Assembly: GCA_964432535.1 (NCBI GenBank)
Contig: CAYSNJ010000008.1
Coordinates: forward strand, 1,588-65,587
DNA length: 64,000 nt
Direction of reading: 5' to 3'
Source of the DNA: an uncultured Flavobacteriaceae bacterium
GTDB taxonomy: Bacteria > Bacteroidota > Bacteroidia > Flavobacteriales > Flavobacteriaceae
Shown here: piece by piece, positions 28,418 to 38,163 of the stretch
Position numbering within the stretch: position 1 is the stretch's first letter
How the letters are laid out: each line of letters opens with the position of its first letter
The notes under the pieces: generated by a model
The model's database searches: none
What the model was told of the DNA's origin: nothing
Seen by the model: only the letters and a program-made list of their open reading frames with translations
Translations under genes and position numbers: made by a program

Positions 28418-29295
28418 ATAATTGATGCAGATTGTGTTTCTAAATTTGAATTAATTTTTTTACACAACCCTTGAAGAACATTTCCGGGGCCAACTTCAAT
28501 AAAGTTTTTCGCTCCGTCTTTTGTCATGTTTTTAATTATTGAGGTCCATTTCACTGGTGCTGTTAATTGTGAAAGGAGATTAGATTTAATTATTTCTGGA
28601 TCGATTGTAGGTAGAGAAGAAACATTTTGATAAATAGGACAGGAAGGACGGTTAAATATCAAATCATTTACACTCTTAGCTAGTTGATCTCTTGCAGGCT
28701 CCATTAATGGTGAGTGAAATGCTCCGCCAACAGGAAGTATTATAGCTCTTTTAGCACCTTTTGATTTTAGATAAACACATGCTTTTTCAATAGCTTTTTT
28801 TTCTCCTGAAATCACAACTTGCCCTGGACAATTATAATTTGCAGCGACAACAGTTCCTGAAATTTTTAAACAAATTTCTTCAACTAGATTTTCATCTATA
28901 CCTAAAATTGCTGCCATAGTTCCCGGATTTTTTTCACATGCATTTTGCATGGACTCAGCTCGAATTCTAACTAAATTTAATCCATCTTCAAAAGAAATTG
29001 AACCTATAGACGCTAATGCTGAAAACTCTCCCAGAGAATGACCCGCAACCATTTTAGGGTTAAACGAATCACCAAGAAGTTTACTCAATATAAAAGAATT
29101 GATGAAAATAGCAGGTTGGGTTACATTTGTCTGTTTTAAATCCTCCTTTGAGCCATCAAACATGATTTTAGTAATATCAAAATTTAAAATTTCATTTGAC
29201 CTTTTAAATAAAATATTTCCTTCATTAGTATTATACAATTCTCTACCCATTCCTGGAAATTGAGAACCTTGGCCTGGGAATAAATATGCTTTCAT
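28414..29295 (-). CDS. fabD: ACP S-malonyltransferase
   Basis: 293 aa with MKAYLFPGQGSQ... and the active-site GHSLGE. Confidence 0.93.
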   Translation of the reverse strand: MKAYLFPGQGSQFPGMGRELYNTNEGNILFKRSNEILNFDITKIMFDGSKEDLKQTNVTQPAIFINSFILSKLLGDSFNPKMVAGHSLGEFSALASIGSISFEDGLNLVRIRAESMQNACEKNPGTMAAILGIDENLVEEICLKISGTVVAANYNCPGQVVISGEKKAIEKACVYLKSKGAKRAIILPVGGAFHSPLMEPARDQLAKSVNDLIFNRPSCPIYQNVSSLPTIDPEIIKSNLLSQLTAPVKWTSIIKNMTKDGAKNFIEVGPGNVLQGLCKKINSNLETQSASII

Positions 29296-29831
29296 CTTTC
29301 TCTTCTTTTGTAGGTTAAATATGAAAAACTAATTTTATGAATTTCGGATGTTGATTTGTTGGTTTCACTAAGAAGTTTCCATGTTGTTTTTGGAATATTT
29401 GGAAAAAAAGTATCAGCATCAAATTTCTCATGTACCCTGGTTAACTCAATTCTATCTGCTAAAGCCATACTTTGTCTATATATTTCTCCTCCTCCAATTA
29501 TAAATGGTTGTTTATCATCTTTAACAAGGGATAATGCATCTTCAATACTTGAAGAAACTTCAGCTCCATTTGCTACATATTTTTTATTTCGTGTAACAAT
29601 TATATTTCTTCTGTTTGGAAGAGCCTTAGGCATTGATTCAAAAGTTTTTCTACCCATTATAATAGCATGTCCAGAAGTTAGTTTCTTAAACCTTTGAAGA
29701 TCTTCAGGAATATGCCAAATAAGTTTATTTTCTTTCCCTAAAGCATCGTTTTCTGCAGCTGCTGCAATAATAGTGACGCCTTTTATTGAGTTTTGAAAGT
29801 TAATAGAATCTGGTTTTTCTTCATCTCCCAT
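29292..29831 (-). CDS. folA: dihydrofolate reductase
   Basis: Conserved ...IIAAAAENDALG...LIWH...FKKLTSGHAIIMGRKTF... segments. The ORF-track start at 29864 is a TTG, so I prefer ATG 29831. The N-terminus remains uncertain. Confidence 0.85.
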   Translation of the reverse strand: MGDEEKPDSINFQNSIKGVTIIAAAAENDALGKENKLIWHIPEDLQRFKKLTSGHAIIMGRKTFESMPKALPNRRNIIVTRNKKYVANGAEVSSSIEDALSLVKDDKQPFIIGGGEIYRQSMALADRIELTRVHEKFDADTFFPNIPKTTWKLLSETNKSTSEIHKISFSYLTYKRRER

Positions 29832-29901
29832 TAATATTTTATTATTAAGTGTTTTTGTATCCAATTATATTAATTTTATACTGCAAAACTAAAATTAATT
29901 G

Positions 29902-30945
29902 ATGAAAAAAACTATCCGTTCTTTTTTTCCAGTATTAAATACCTGCACTTATTTAAATACTGCATATGTAGGCCCCTTATCAACTGAATTATTTGAGTTT
30001 AGAAATAATTTAGAAAAGGAGTATTTGAAACAAGGTGATAAGATAAAATTTGACAGTGAGGAAAAAATTAATAATTTCAGAGAAACAGTTTCAAAATTTA
30101 TCAATTCTTCAAAAAAAAATACATTTTGTACCTCAAATTTTTCTACAGGTTACAGATATATTTTAGATTTTTTACCAAAAAAAATTAATGTCTTAGCTTT
30201 AAAAAATGATTATAATTCACTAATAAGTGGCCTTAGGGAAAGAGATCTTTCTGTAGATTATATTTCAATAACATCTGATTTTGAACTTCAAATTGAAAAT
30301 CGATTAGATGAAAAAAAATACAGTGTGTTAGTATTATCAATTGTACAATTTTTATCTGGAATCAAAGTTGACTTTAGCGCATTAAGGGAGATAAAAAAAA
30401 AATATCCCAGATTAATTATTATTGGGGATTCTACTCAATTTATAGGTTCAGATTTTTTTGATTTTAATAGTTCCCCTTTTGATGTTGTAATTGGAAGTGG
30501 CTATAAGTGGATTTTAGCAGGTTTTGGAAATGCCTATTTAGCTGTTTCTGATAGATTTTTAAAAATTACTGAGTGTTCCTCAAACGAAATATATGAAAAA
30601 GTTTATGCAGGTCACTTAAATTTATTAGCCTCTGCATCTTTAGATTTTGCAATTAAATTTCTACAAAATAATGACTATGACAATCTAATTAAAATTAAAA
30701 GAGATTTAGGTCTTTTTCTTAAACAGGAGTTGAAACAATTAAATCTTTTAGATCCATTAGTTGAAATAAGGAAAAACCATTCAAGTATCTATACTATTCA
30801 TGGTAATGAAAAGTTATTTAAATATTTACAAAATAATGGAATAAGGTGTGCGTTAAGAGGGGGGGGGGTAAGGGTAGCTGTTCATTTCTATAATGAGGAG
30901 TCAGATATTGATAAATTAATTAAAATTTTGAAAAGATTAAATTGA
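29902..30945 (+). CDS. class-V-fold PLP-dependent aminotransferase/desulfurase-like protein
   Basis: 347 aa. The ...[18 protein letters not shown]... segment resembles the S-x-x-K PLP-lysine region. The gene contains a G10 homopolymer. Confidence 0.6.
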   Translation: MKKTIRSFFPVLNTCTYLNTAYVGPLSTELFEFRNNLEKEYLKQGDKIKFDSEEKINNFRETVSKFINSSKKNTFCTSNFSTGYRYILDFLPKKINVLALKNDYNSLISGLRERDLSVDYISITSDFELQIENRLDEKKYSVLVLSIVQFLSGIKVDFSALREIKKKYPRLIIIGDSTQFIGSDFFDFNSSPFDVVIGSGYKWILAGFGNAYLAVSDRFLKITECSSNEIYEKVYAGHLNLLASASLDFAIKFLQNNDYDNLIKIKRDLGLFLKQELKQLNLLDPLVEIRKNHSSIYTIHGNEKLFKYLQNNGIRCALRGGGVRVAVHFYNEESDIDKLIKILKRLN

Positions 30946-31761
30946 TACTGCACCTTTTATAAGAGGATAAGGGTCGTAGTCAATTATTTCAATGTCCTCG
31001 TATGTAAAATCAAACAGGCTTGTAATTTTCGGATTTAACTTTACTCTTGGAAGTTTTTTTGGATTTCTTAAAAGTTGTTCCTCAATTTGTTTTTTATGGT
31101 TAGAATAGATGTGAGCATCTCCAAAAGTGTGAATAAATTCACCTGGTATGTATCCTGTAACTTGGGCTAACATTATTGTTAGTAATGCATAAGAAGCAAT
31201 ATTAAACGGGACTCCTAAAAAAACATCTGCACTTCTCTGATAAAGTTGAACTGAAAGTTTACCATTTGCAATATAACATTGGAAAAAGGCATGACAAGGA
31301 GGGAGAGCTGCTTTGTTATTTGAAACATTTTCTGAGAATGATTTTGAGGAATCAGGCATAACGCTTGGGTTCCAGGCACTCACAATAATTCTTCGACTAT
31401 CAGGATCTGTTTTGATAGTTTTAATCATTTCTTTTATTTGGTCTATACCCTCACTATTCCAATTTCTCCATTGGTGACCATATACAGGACCTAAGTTGCC
31501 TTTATCATCAGCCCATTCATTCCATATTCTTACATTGTTTTCTTGCAAATAACTTATATTAGTATCTCCTTTAAGAAACCATAATAGTTCATGAACTACA
31601 GATTTAATATGAATCTTTTTGGTGGTTAAAAGAGGAAATCCTTTGCTAAGGTCAAACCTCATCTGGTGTCCAAAAACACTTTTAGTTCCTGTTCCAGTTC
31701 TGTCGGTTTTTTCAACACCATTCTTTTGTATATGGCTTATTAAATCAAGATACTGCTTCAT
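30937..31761 (-). CDS. thyA: thymidylate synthase
   Basis: 274 aa with MKQYLDL...DRTGTGT...FGHQMRF... and the active-site ...[10 protein letters not shown]... Confidence 0.95.
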   Translation of the reverse strand: MKQYLDLISHIQKNGVEKTDRTGTGTKSVFGHQMRFDLSKGFPLLTTKKIHIKSVVHELLWFLKGDTNISYLQENNVRIWNEWADDKGNLGPVYGHQWRNWNSEGIDQIKEMIKTIKTDPDSRRIIVSAWNPSVMPDSSKSFSENVSNNKAALPPCHAFFQCYIANGKLSVQLYQRSADVFLGVPFNIASYALLTIMLAQVTGYIPGEFIHTFGDAHIYSNHKKQIEEQLLRNPKKLPRVKLNPKITSLFDFTYEDIEIIDYDPYPLIKGAVSI

Positions 31762-31854
31762 TAATTGTAATATATTTTCAAATATAAACTGAATTGATAT
31801 CTATTTCAAAAAATCAGATAAACATTTATCAAGATAAAATCAACGTAGAATTAT

Positions 31855-32469
31855 TTAAACATCCTTTTTGGATATAAGGTCACGGATTTTAACAGCCTTT
31901 TCGTATTCCTCATTATCTACAAATTTTTTTAGAAGAACTTTAAGTTTATTTATGGAATAGGTTTCATAATTTTTAGGGAGTTTATTTTCTGAAGGATCAG
32001 TTTGCATATTTTCAGTCAAGACCTCCTCTAAATCTCCCTTTTTAAAATCGGTTTTTATTGATGCAGTAAACCCTGCTGACTTTAAGATTGAATCGTAGAT
32101 GTAAATTCGAGCCTTAAATCTTAAAGCCATGGCAATAGCATCGGAGGTTCTCGCATCTATAACTTTTTCAATTCCTTTTCTTTGACAGGTTAAATTTGAA
32201 AAAAAAACTCCATCAGTCAACTTATGAATTATTATTTGTTTAATATTAATTTCAAATGAATTTGCAAAATCTTTAAATAAATCATGTGTTAAAGGTCTTA
32301 AAGGTTTAATTTCTTTTTCCAATGCAATCGCAATTGCTTGTGCTTCAAATCCTCCAATTATAACTGGAAGTTTCCTGTTACCTTTAGTCTCACTAAGTAT
32401 TAATGCATAGGCTCCAGATTGAGTCTCACTGTAAGAAATTCCTTTAACATCAAGTTCTATTAATTTCAT
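31855..32469 (-). CDS. bifunctional nuclease family protein (DUF151) with C-terminal UVR motif
   Basis: 204 aa. The N-terminal ...LPVIIGGFEAQAIAIAL... and ...RTSDAIAMALRF... segments are typical of BFN, and the C-terminal ...EEYEKAVKIRDLI... is UVR-like. Confidence 0.75.
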   Translation of the reverse strand: MKLIELDVKGISYSETQSGAYALILSETKGNRKLPVIIGGFEAQAIAIALEKEIKPLRPLTHDLFKDFANSFEINIKQIIIHKLTDGVFFSNLTCQRKGIEKVIDARTSDAIAMALRFKARIYIYDSILKSAGFTASIKTDFKKGDLEEVLTENMQTDPSENKLPKNYETYSINKLKVLLKKFVDNEEYEKAVKIRDLISKKDV

Positions 32470-32520
32470 TTTTTAAAAGTTTCAAAATATATAATACTAA
32501 ACTAAATTTAATATAGTATA

Positions 32521-32551
32521 TAATAAAACAAAATCATGTTTTGTTTTATTA
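32521..32551. promoter_or_regulatory. 31-bp inverted repeat (13-bp perfect arms, 5-nt spacer) in a divergent promoter region
   Basis: TAATAAAACAAAA-TCATG-TTTTGTTTTATTA, read directly. It lies between divergently transcribed genes, so it is not placed as a terminator. Confidence 0.4.
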
Positions 32552-32621
32552 AAATCTGTAATAAACAAAGAGTTTTAATAAAATGAAATGTTTAAATTTA
32601 CAATCTTAATAATTAGCTTAA

Positions 32622-33605
32622 ATGAAGACCATACAATTTAGACAAGCAATTGCCGAAGCAATGACAGAAGAAATGCGTAGGGATGAAACAATATTTCTAA
32701 TGGGTGAAGAAGTTGCTGAATACAACGGAGCTTACAAAGCTTCGAAAGGAATGTTAGATGAGTTTGGTGATAAAAGGGTTATTGATACACCTATCTCTGA
32801 AGCAGGGTTTTCTGGAATTGGAGTTGGCTCTACAATGACTGGTGCTAGACCTATTATAGAATACATGACATTTAATTTTGCTTTGGTTGGGATTGATCAA
32901 ATTATAAATAATGCGGCAAAAATTAGACAAATGTCCGGTGGACAATTTCCATGTCCAATTGTTTTTAGGGGACCAACAGGATCTGCTGGTCAGTTAGGAG
33001 CAACACACTCCCAGGCTTTTGACAATTGGTATGCTAACACACCTGGCTTAAAAGTTATAGTGCCTTCAAACCCCTATGATGCGAAAGGATTATTAAAGGC
33101 TGCAATAAGAGATAATGATCCAGTTATATTTATGGAATCTGAGCAAATGTATGGAGATAAAGGAGAGGTTCCTGAAGGTGAATATATTCTTCCAATAGGT
33201 GTTGCTGATATTAAACGTTCTGGTAAGGATGTGACAATTGTTTCTTACGGTAAAATAATCAAAGAAGCATATAAAGCGGCGGATATACTTGCTAAAGAAG
33301 GTATAGATTCTGAAATTATTGATCTAAGAACAATTAGACCTATGGATCATAAAATGATTTTTGAATCTGTTAAGAAAACAAATAGATTAGTCATCTTAGA
33401 AGAGTCATGGCCTTTTGGAAATATTTCAACTGAAATCACATATCAAGTTCAGAATCAAATATTTGACTACTTAGATGCTCCAATTGAAAAAATAAATACT
33501 GCCGATACTCCTGCTCCATTTTCACCTGTTCTTTTGGAAGAATGGCTTCCAAATCATGAAGATGTGATAAAAGCAGTTAAAAAAGTAATTTATCATAATA
33601 CCTAA
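32622..33605 (+). CDS. pdhB: pyruvate dehydrogenase (or related 2-oxoacid dehydrogenase) E1 component beta subunit
   Basis: 327 aa. The ...FLMGEEVAEYNGAYKASKGMLDEFG..RVIDTPISEAGF... segment is typical of E1-beta. Confidence 0.88.
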   Translation: MKTIQFRQAIAEAMTEEMRRDETIFLMGEEVAEYNGAYKASKGMLDEFGDKRVIDTPISEAGFSGIGVGSTMTGARPIIEYMTFNFALVGIDQIINNAAKIRQMSGGQFPCPIVFRGPTGSAGQLGATHSQAFDNWYANTPGLKVIVPSNPYDAKGLLKAAIRDNDPVIFMESEQMYGDKGEVPEGEYILPIGVADIKRSGKDVTIVSYGKIIKEAYKAADILAKEGIDSEIIDLRTIRPMDHKMIFESVKKTNRLVILEESWPFGNISTEITYQVQNQIFDYLDAPIEKINTADTPAPFSPVLLEEWLPNHEDVIKAVKKVIYHNT

Positions 33606-33672
33606 TTCCTTATACCTAATTCACAGGTAATTAGTATTTTTACGCGCGAAAACAAAAACTTAAATTGATTTT

Positions 33673-36051
33673 ATGGAAGCTAATATTATTTATATACCCT
33701 TATTTTTCTCACTATTAGGCTTAGTTTATATGTTTATTAGAGCTACATGGGTGAGAAAACAAAATCCAGGAAGTGAAAGAATGCAAGAAATATCTGCTGC
33801 AATTAAAGATGGTGCATTAGCTTTTTTACATGCCGAATATCGATTGCTTTTAATTTTTGTAGTAATTGCCTCCATAGCTTTATATAGCATCTCTCTTTTA
33901 GTTATTTCAACTAGTTGGATGATTGTCCCAGCATTTATTATTGGTGCAGTTTTTTCTGCACTTGCTGGAAATATAGGTATGCGTATTGCAACTGAAGCGA
34001 ATGCTAGAACAGCTGAAGCAGCTAGGACGAGTTTACCAAAAGCCCTTCAAGTTTCTTTTGGAGGAGGAACTGTTATGGGTCTTGGGGTAGCTGGTTTAGC
34101 GGTATTTGGATTAACAATTCTATTCTTGTTTTTTATGTCTCAATTTATGAATGGAACGGATTCTTTTTATAACGAAATGACTGTAGTATTAGAAACTTTA
34201 GCTGGTTTTTCACTTGGAGCTGAGTCTATTGCTTTGTTTGCTCGTGTAGGAGGTGGGATATACACTAAAGCAGCTGATGTGGGTGCAGACCTTGTAGGTA
34301 AAGTAGAAGCTGGAATACCCGAAGATGACCCACGTAATCCAGCTACGATTGCTGATAACGTAGGGGACAATGTTGGTGATGTTGCTGGAATGGGAGCAGA
34401 TTTATTTGGATCTTATGTTGCTACAGTATTAGCAGCTATGGTTTTAGGTAATTATCTAATAAGAGATATGTCGGTGGATACTCAATTTACAGATAACTTT
34501 AATAATATGGGACCTATTTTACTTCCAATAGTAATCGCAGGAGTTGGAATTTTGGCATCTATAATAGGTACTTTTTTTGTAAAAATTTCTGACAATAATG
34601 CAAAAGAATCTAAGGTTCAAGCAGCATTAGATTTAGGTAATTGGGCCTCAATAGTAATAACACTTATTGCTAGTTATTTTTTAATTGACTGGATGTTACC
34701 CAAAACGATGAGTATGATGTTTTTTGGTGAAGGATATAAAGATATTTCTTCAATGAATGTTTTTGGATCTGCTTGTATTGGATTAGCAGTTGGAGCTTTA
34801 ATATCAATTGTAACTGCATATTACACAAGTCTTGGTAAAAAACCAGTTTTAGATATTGTGAAAAATAGTTCAACAGGAGCTGCAACCAATATTATTGCAG
34901 GTTTAGCCGTTGGGATGAAATCAACTTTTTTATCCGTAATTCTTTTTGCATCAGCAATCTATGGTTCGTATACTCTTGCTGGTTTTTATGGAGTAGCCCT
35001 AGCCGCTTCTGCAATGATGGCAACAACTGCCATGCAATTAGCAATTGATGCTTTTGGACCAATAGCTGATAATGCTGGAGGAGTAGCAGAAATGAGTGAT
35101 CTTCCAAAAGAAGTTAGGGAAAGAACAGATATTTTAGATTCTGTTGGTAACACCACTGCCGCTGTTGGTAAAGGTTTTGCTATTGCTTCTGCAGCTTTAA
35201 CTGCACTAGCTTTATTTGCCGCTTATGTAACTTTTACGGGAATTGATGGTATAAATATTTTTAAAGCGGATGTATTAGCAATGTTGTTTGTTGGAGCAAT
35301 GATTCCGGTTGTTTTTTCTGCTTTAGCTATGCAGTCTGTTGGAAAAGCAGCTATGGAAATGGTAGAAGAAGTTAGAAGACAATTTAGAGAAATTCCGGGT
35401 ATTATGGAGGGTACAGGTGTTCCTGAATATGCAAAATGTGTTGATATTTCAACTAAAGCAGCATTAAAAGAAATGTTACTTCCTGGTTTAATAACCATTA
35501 TCACTCCAATTTTTATTGGATTAGTTTTTGGAGCAGAGCCATTGGGAGGATATATGGCCGGAGTTTGTGTAAGTGGAGTAATGTGGGCTATTTTTCAAAA
35601 TAATGCCGGGGGAGCTTGGGATAACGCAAAAAAATCTTTTGAAGCAGGAGTTGAAATTAATGGTGAAATGACATATAAAGGGTCAGATGCACACAAAGCG
35701 GCAGTTACTGGAGATACAGTTGGCGATCCTTTTAAAGACACCTCCGGACCCTCTATGAATATTTTAATTAAATTAACATGTTTAGTTGGATTGGTAATTG
35801 CACCTCTTTTGGGAGATCATGGTGATTCTAAATCTATTTCTCAAGCCGGAAATTTTGAAAATCACGATATTATAATCAATAAAAATGATATTGATAACAA
35901 AGAAGAGTTTTCAGTAAAAATTTCTTCTACTAACGATGATCAATTATCAAGCGTAAAATCAATTGAAGTAAGTGTTTCTGGAACAGAAGATGAAGTCTGG
36001 AAGGTTGTTGAGAAAATCACTCCAGAAATAGATGAAATACTTAATCGTTAA
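33673..36051 (+). CDS. hppA: membrane-integral K+-dependent-type pyrophosphatase (H+/Na+-translocating) with C-terminal extension
   Basis: 792 aa with conserved ...[18 protein letters not shown]... and ...[13 protein letters not shown]... motifs. Ala in GNTTAA marks the K+-dependent class. About 78 extra hydrophilic residues follow the last TM helix. Confidence 0.93.
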   Translation: MEANIIYIPLFFSLLGLVYMFIRATWVRKQNPGSERMQEISAAIKDGALAFLHAEYRLLLIFVVIASIALYSISLLVISTSWMIVPAFIIGAVFSALAGNIGMRIATEANARTAEAARTSLPKALQVSFGGGTVMGLGVAGLAVFGLTILFLFFMSQFMNGTDSFYNEMTVVLETLAGFSLGAESIALFARVGGGIYTKAADVGADLVGKVEAGIPEDDPRNPATIADNVGDNVGDVAGMGADLFGSYVATVLAAMVLGNYLIRDMSVDTQFTDNFNNMGPILLPIVIAGVGILASIIGTFFVKISDNNAKESKVQAALDLGNWASIVITLIASYFLIDWMLPKTMSMMFFGEGYKDISSMNVFGSACIGLAVGALISIVTAYYTSLGKKPVLDIVKNSSTGAATNIIAGLAVGMKSTFLSVILFASAIYGSYTLAGFYGVALAASAMMATTAMQLAIDAFGPIADNAGGVAEMSDLPKEVRERTDILDSVGNTTAAVGKGFAIASAALTALALFAAYVTFTGIDGINIFKADVLAMLFVGAMIPVVFSALAMQSVGKAAMEMVEEVRRQFREIPGIMEGTGVPEYAKCVDISTKAALKEMLLPGLITIITPIFIGLVFGAEPLGGYMAGVCVSGVMWAIFQNNAGGAWDNAKKSFEAGVEINGEMTYKGSDAHKAAVTGDTVGDPFKDTSGPSMNILIKLTCLVGLVIAPLLGDHGDSKSISQAGNFENHDIIINKNDIDNKEEFSVKISSTNDDQLSSVKSIEVSVSGTEDEVWKVVEKITPEIDEILNR

Positions 36052-36068
36052 CAATTTGACAATTAAAA

Positions 36069-36683
36069 TCAATCAGTTTTAGGTAATTTTTTATCAATTT
36101 CTCGAATTATATTTTTCAAGTCTTCTGGGTTGTTTACAAAGTCAATATCATCAACATCAATAATTAATAACTCACCTTTATCATAGGTTGAGATCCAAGC
36201 CTCATATCTTTCATTTAGTCTGCTTAGATATTCTATACTTATAGAATTTTCATACTCTCTTCCTCTTTTGTGAATCTTACTAACCAGATTTTGAATTGAG
36301 CTTCTTACATAAATTAATAGTTGGGGAGGATTAACTGTATTTTCCATAAGTTCAAAAAGTGATATATAATTTTGAAAATCTCTTTGATTCATTAATCCCA
36401 TGGAATGAAGATTGGGTGCGAAGATAAAAGCATCTTCATAAATAGTTCTGTCTTGAATTACAGTTTTTTTTAAACTCTCATTTTGTAATAATTGACTAAA
36501 TCTACTTTTTAAAAAATAGATCTGAAGATTAAACGACCATCTTTCCATGTGATTATAGAAATCATCCAGATAAGGGTTGTCAATGACATCTTCAAAATTT
36601 GCCTCCCAATTATAGTGTTTGGCAAGAAGCTCAGTAAGGCTTGTTTTACCAGCACCAATATTTCCAGCTACAGATATTTGCAT
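36069..36683 (-). CDS. deoxynucleoside kinase
   Basis: 204 aa with the P-loop GNIGAGKTS and ...DRTIYED... and ...YVRSS... motifs of the dNK family. Confidence 0.85.
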   Translation of the reverse strand: MQISVAGNIGAGKTSLTELLAKHYNWEANFEDVIDNPYLDDFYNHMERWSFNLQIYFLKSRFSQLLQNESLKKTVIQDRTIYEDAFIFAPNLHSMGLMNQRDFQNYISLFELMENTVNPPQLLIYVRSSIQNLVSKIHKRGREYENSISIEYLSRLNERYEAWISTYDKGELLIIDVDDIDFVNNPEDLKNIIREIDKKLPKTD

Positions 36684-36743
36684 TCGCTTGTTGTATTATT
36701 TATAAGAATTCTTTAAAATGCAAAATACAGATATTTTTATTTA

Positions 36744-36767
36744 ATAATTAATTTTATAATTAATTTT
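36744..36767. repeat. perfect tandem duplication of a 12-mer (ATAATTAATTTT x2)
   Basis: Read directly, in the dNK/metK divergent intergenic region. Confidence 0.85.
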
Positions 36768-36804
36768 TCGCTTTTTATAAATTTTAATGTAATTTTACAC
36801 TAAT

Positions 36805-36906
36805 AACGAGGAAGGATTTGACTGATTGCAACCTCTATAAAAAATTGCTAAAGCGTTGTTGTTGCTTTTCGTGTGTGTGTTCAAATCCTTCAGAAAAGCA
36901 AATTAT
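36805..36906 (+). promoter_or_regulatory. structured 5' leader of metK-metY-metX; candidate SAM-responsive riboswitch (class unresolved)
   Basis: Perfect 11-bp long-range helix GAAGGAUUUGA (36811-21) / UCAAAUCCUUC (36881-91). It encloses hairpins GCAA (36828-31)/UUGC (36845-48) and AAAGC (36850-54)/GCUUU (36864-68), and a (GU)5 run at 36871-80. Strings AACGAG, GCAACC and UGCUAA recall the SAM-I core. The helix ends 15 nt before the metK ATG. Confidence 0.35.
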
Positions 36907-38163
36907 ATGTCATATTTTTTTACATCAGAATCTGTAAGTGAGGGTCATCCTGACAAAGTTGCAGATCAAATTTCAGACTCTCTTTTAGATAACTTTCTTG
37001 CTTTTGATCATGAAAGTAAAGTAGCTTGTGAAACTCTTGTCACCACAGGTCAAGTAGTTTTAGCTGGTGAGGTTAAGAGTAATACTTACATAGACGTTCA
37101 AGACATAGCTAGAAAAACAATTAATAAAATTGGATATACCAAAGGAGAATATCAATTTAGTGGGGACTCCTGTGGAGTAATATCACTTATTCATGAACAG
37201 TCTGAGGATATAAATCAAGGAGTTCAAAGAAAAAATAAACAAAATCAAGGTGCGGGTGATCAAGGAATAATGTTTGGATATGCATCTAATGAGACTGAAA
37301 ATTACATACCTCTGGCTTTAGATTTATCTCATCAAATTTTAAAAACCTTAGCCGACTTTCGAAGAGAAAATAAAATTATTAATTACTTAAGACCCGATTC
37401 TAAATCCCAAGTTACTATTGAATATGATATTAATAATAGACCAATTAAAATTGATACCATTGTCGTTTCAACTCAACATGATGATTTTGACACAGATGAC
37501 GATATAATGTTATCTAAAATTAAATCAGATATTATTAATATTATAATTCCAAAAGTATTTGATAACCAACCGAATTATATTAAATCTTTATTAGGTGATT
37601 CAGTAAAATATCATGTCAACCCAACTGGTAAATTTGTTATTGGAGGACCACATGGAGATACCGGATTGACTGGTCGAAAAATTATAGTCGACACCTATGG
37701 AGGTAAAGGTGGTCATGGAGGAGGAGCTTTCAGTGGAAAAGATCCAAGTAAAGTAGACAGGTCAGCAGCATATGCAGCAAGACATATGGCTAAAAATATT
37801 GTGGCTGCAGGGGTTTCAGATGAAGTTTTGATTCAGTTGAGCTATGCTATTGGTGTATCTTTTCCAACATCAATTTTAGTAGATACTTATGGTAAGTCAA
37901 AGGTTGATTTTTCTGATTCAGAAATTTCAAAAAAACTTTCAAATATTTTTGATTTAACACCCTATGGTATTGAAAAAAGATTGAAATTAAGAAATCCTAT
38001 TTATTCCGAAACAGCTGCTTACGGTCATATGGGACGACAACCTCAAACAGTTATCAAAACCTTTGATTCTCCATACAGTGGGAGAATTACAAAAGAAGTG
38101 GAACTATTTACTTGGGAAAAACTAGATTATATAAATAAAATTAAAAAAGCTTTAAAATTATGA
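36907..38163 (+). CDS. metK: S-adenosylmethionine synthetase
   Basis: MSYFFTSESVSEGHPDKVADQISD... is the canonical MetK N-terminus, with ...GAGDQG... and ...GGGAFSGKD... motifs. The ORF-track start at 36856 is an upstream TTG artefact. Confidence 0.95.
   Translation: MSYFFTSESVSEGHPDKVADQISDSLLDNFLAFDHESKVACETLVTTGQVVLAGEVKSNTYIDVQDIARKTINKIGYTKGEYQFSGDSCGVISLIHEQSEDINQGVQRKNKQNQGAGDQGIMFGYASNETENYIPLALDLSHQILKTLADFRRENKIINYLRPDSKSQVTIEYDINNRPIKIDTIVVSTQHDDFDTDDDIMLSKIKSDIINIIIPKVFDNQPNYIKSLLGDSVKYHVNPTGKFVIGGPHGDTGLTGRKIIVDTYGGKGGHGGGAFSGKDPSKVDRSAAYAARHMAKNIVAAGVSDEVLIQLSYAIGVSFPTSILVDTYGKSKVDFSDSEISKKLSNIFDLTPYGIEKRLKLRNPIYSETAAYGHMGRQPQTVIKTFDSPYSGRITKEVELFTWEKLDYINKIKKALKL

Noticed and set aside
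33616-33640. Possible terminator between pdhB and hppA (CTAATT / AATTAG stem followed by TATTTTT)
   Set aside because: It has only a 6-bp all-weak stem with an interrupted U-tract, which is too marginal to annotate.
34167-35504. Four antisense ORFs (67-93 aa) inside hppA, and the visibly higher G+C of this gene, as possible overlapping genes or foreign DNA
   Set aside because: The translations are low-complexity (Ala/Ser/Pro/Leu/Gln-rich), have no start context and lie fully within a highly conserved gene. The higher G+C is explained by the Gly/Ala/Val-rich membrane protein sequence, not by horizontal transfer.
36856-36906. N-terminal extension of metK (MLLLFVCVFKSFRKANY) from an upstream TTG, or a small leader peptide
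   Set aside because: MetK proteins begin at the MSYFFTSES... equivalent. The extension overlaps the structured leader helix and is hydrophobic nonsense, so I treat it as 5' UTR.
36805-36906. Calling the metK leader a SAM-II or SAM-V riboswitch outright
   Set aside because: I could not place the classic H-type pseudoknot in which a 3' AAAGC(U/G) tail pairs back into an upstream loop. Here AAAGC pairs with a downstream GCUUU instead. A canonical SAM-I junction also fails because there is no P2 hairpin. The class is left open.
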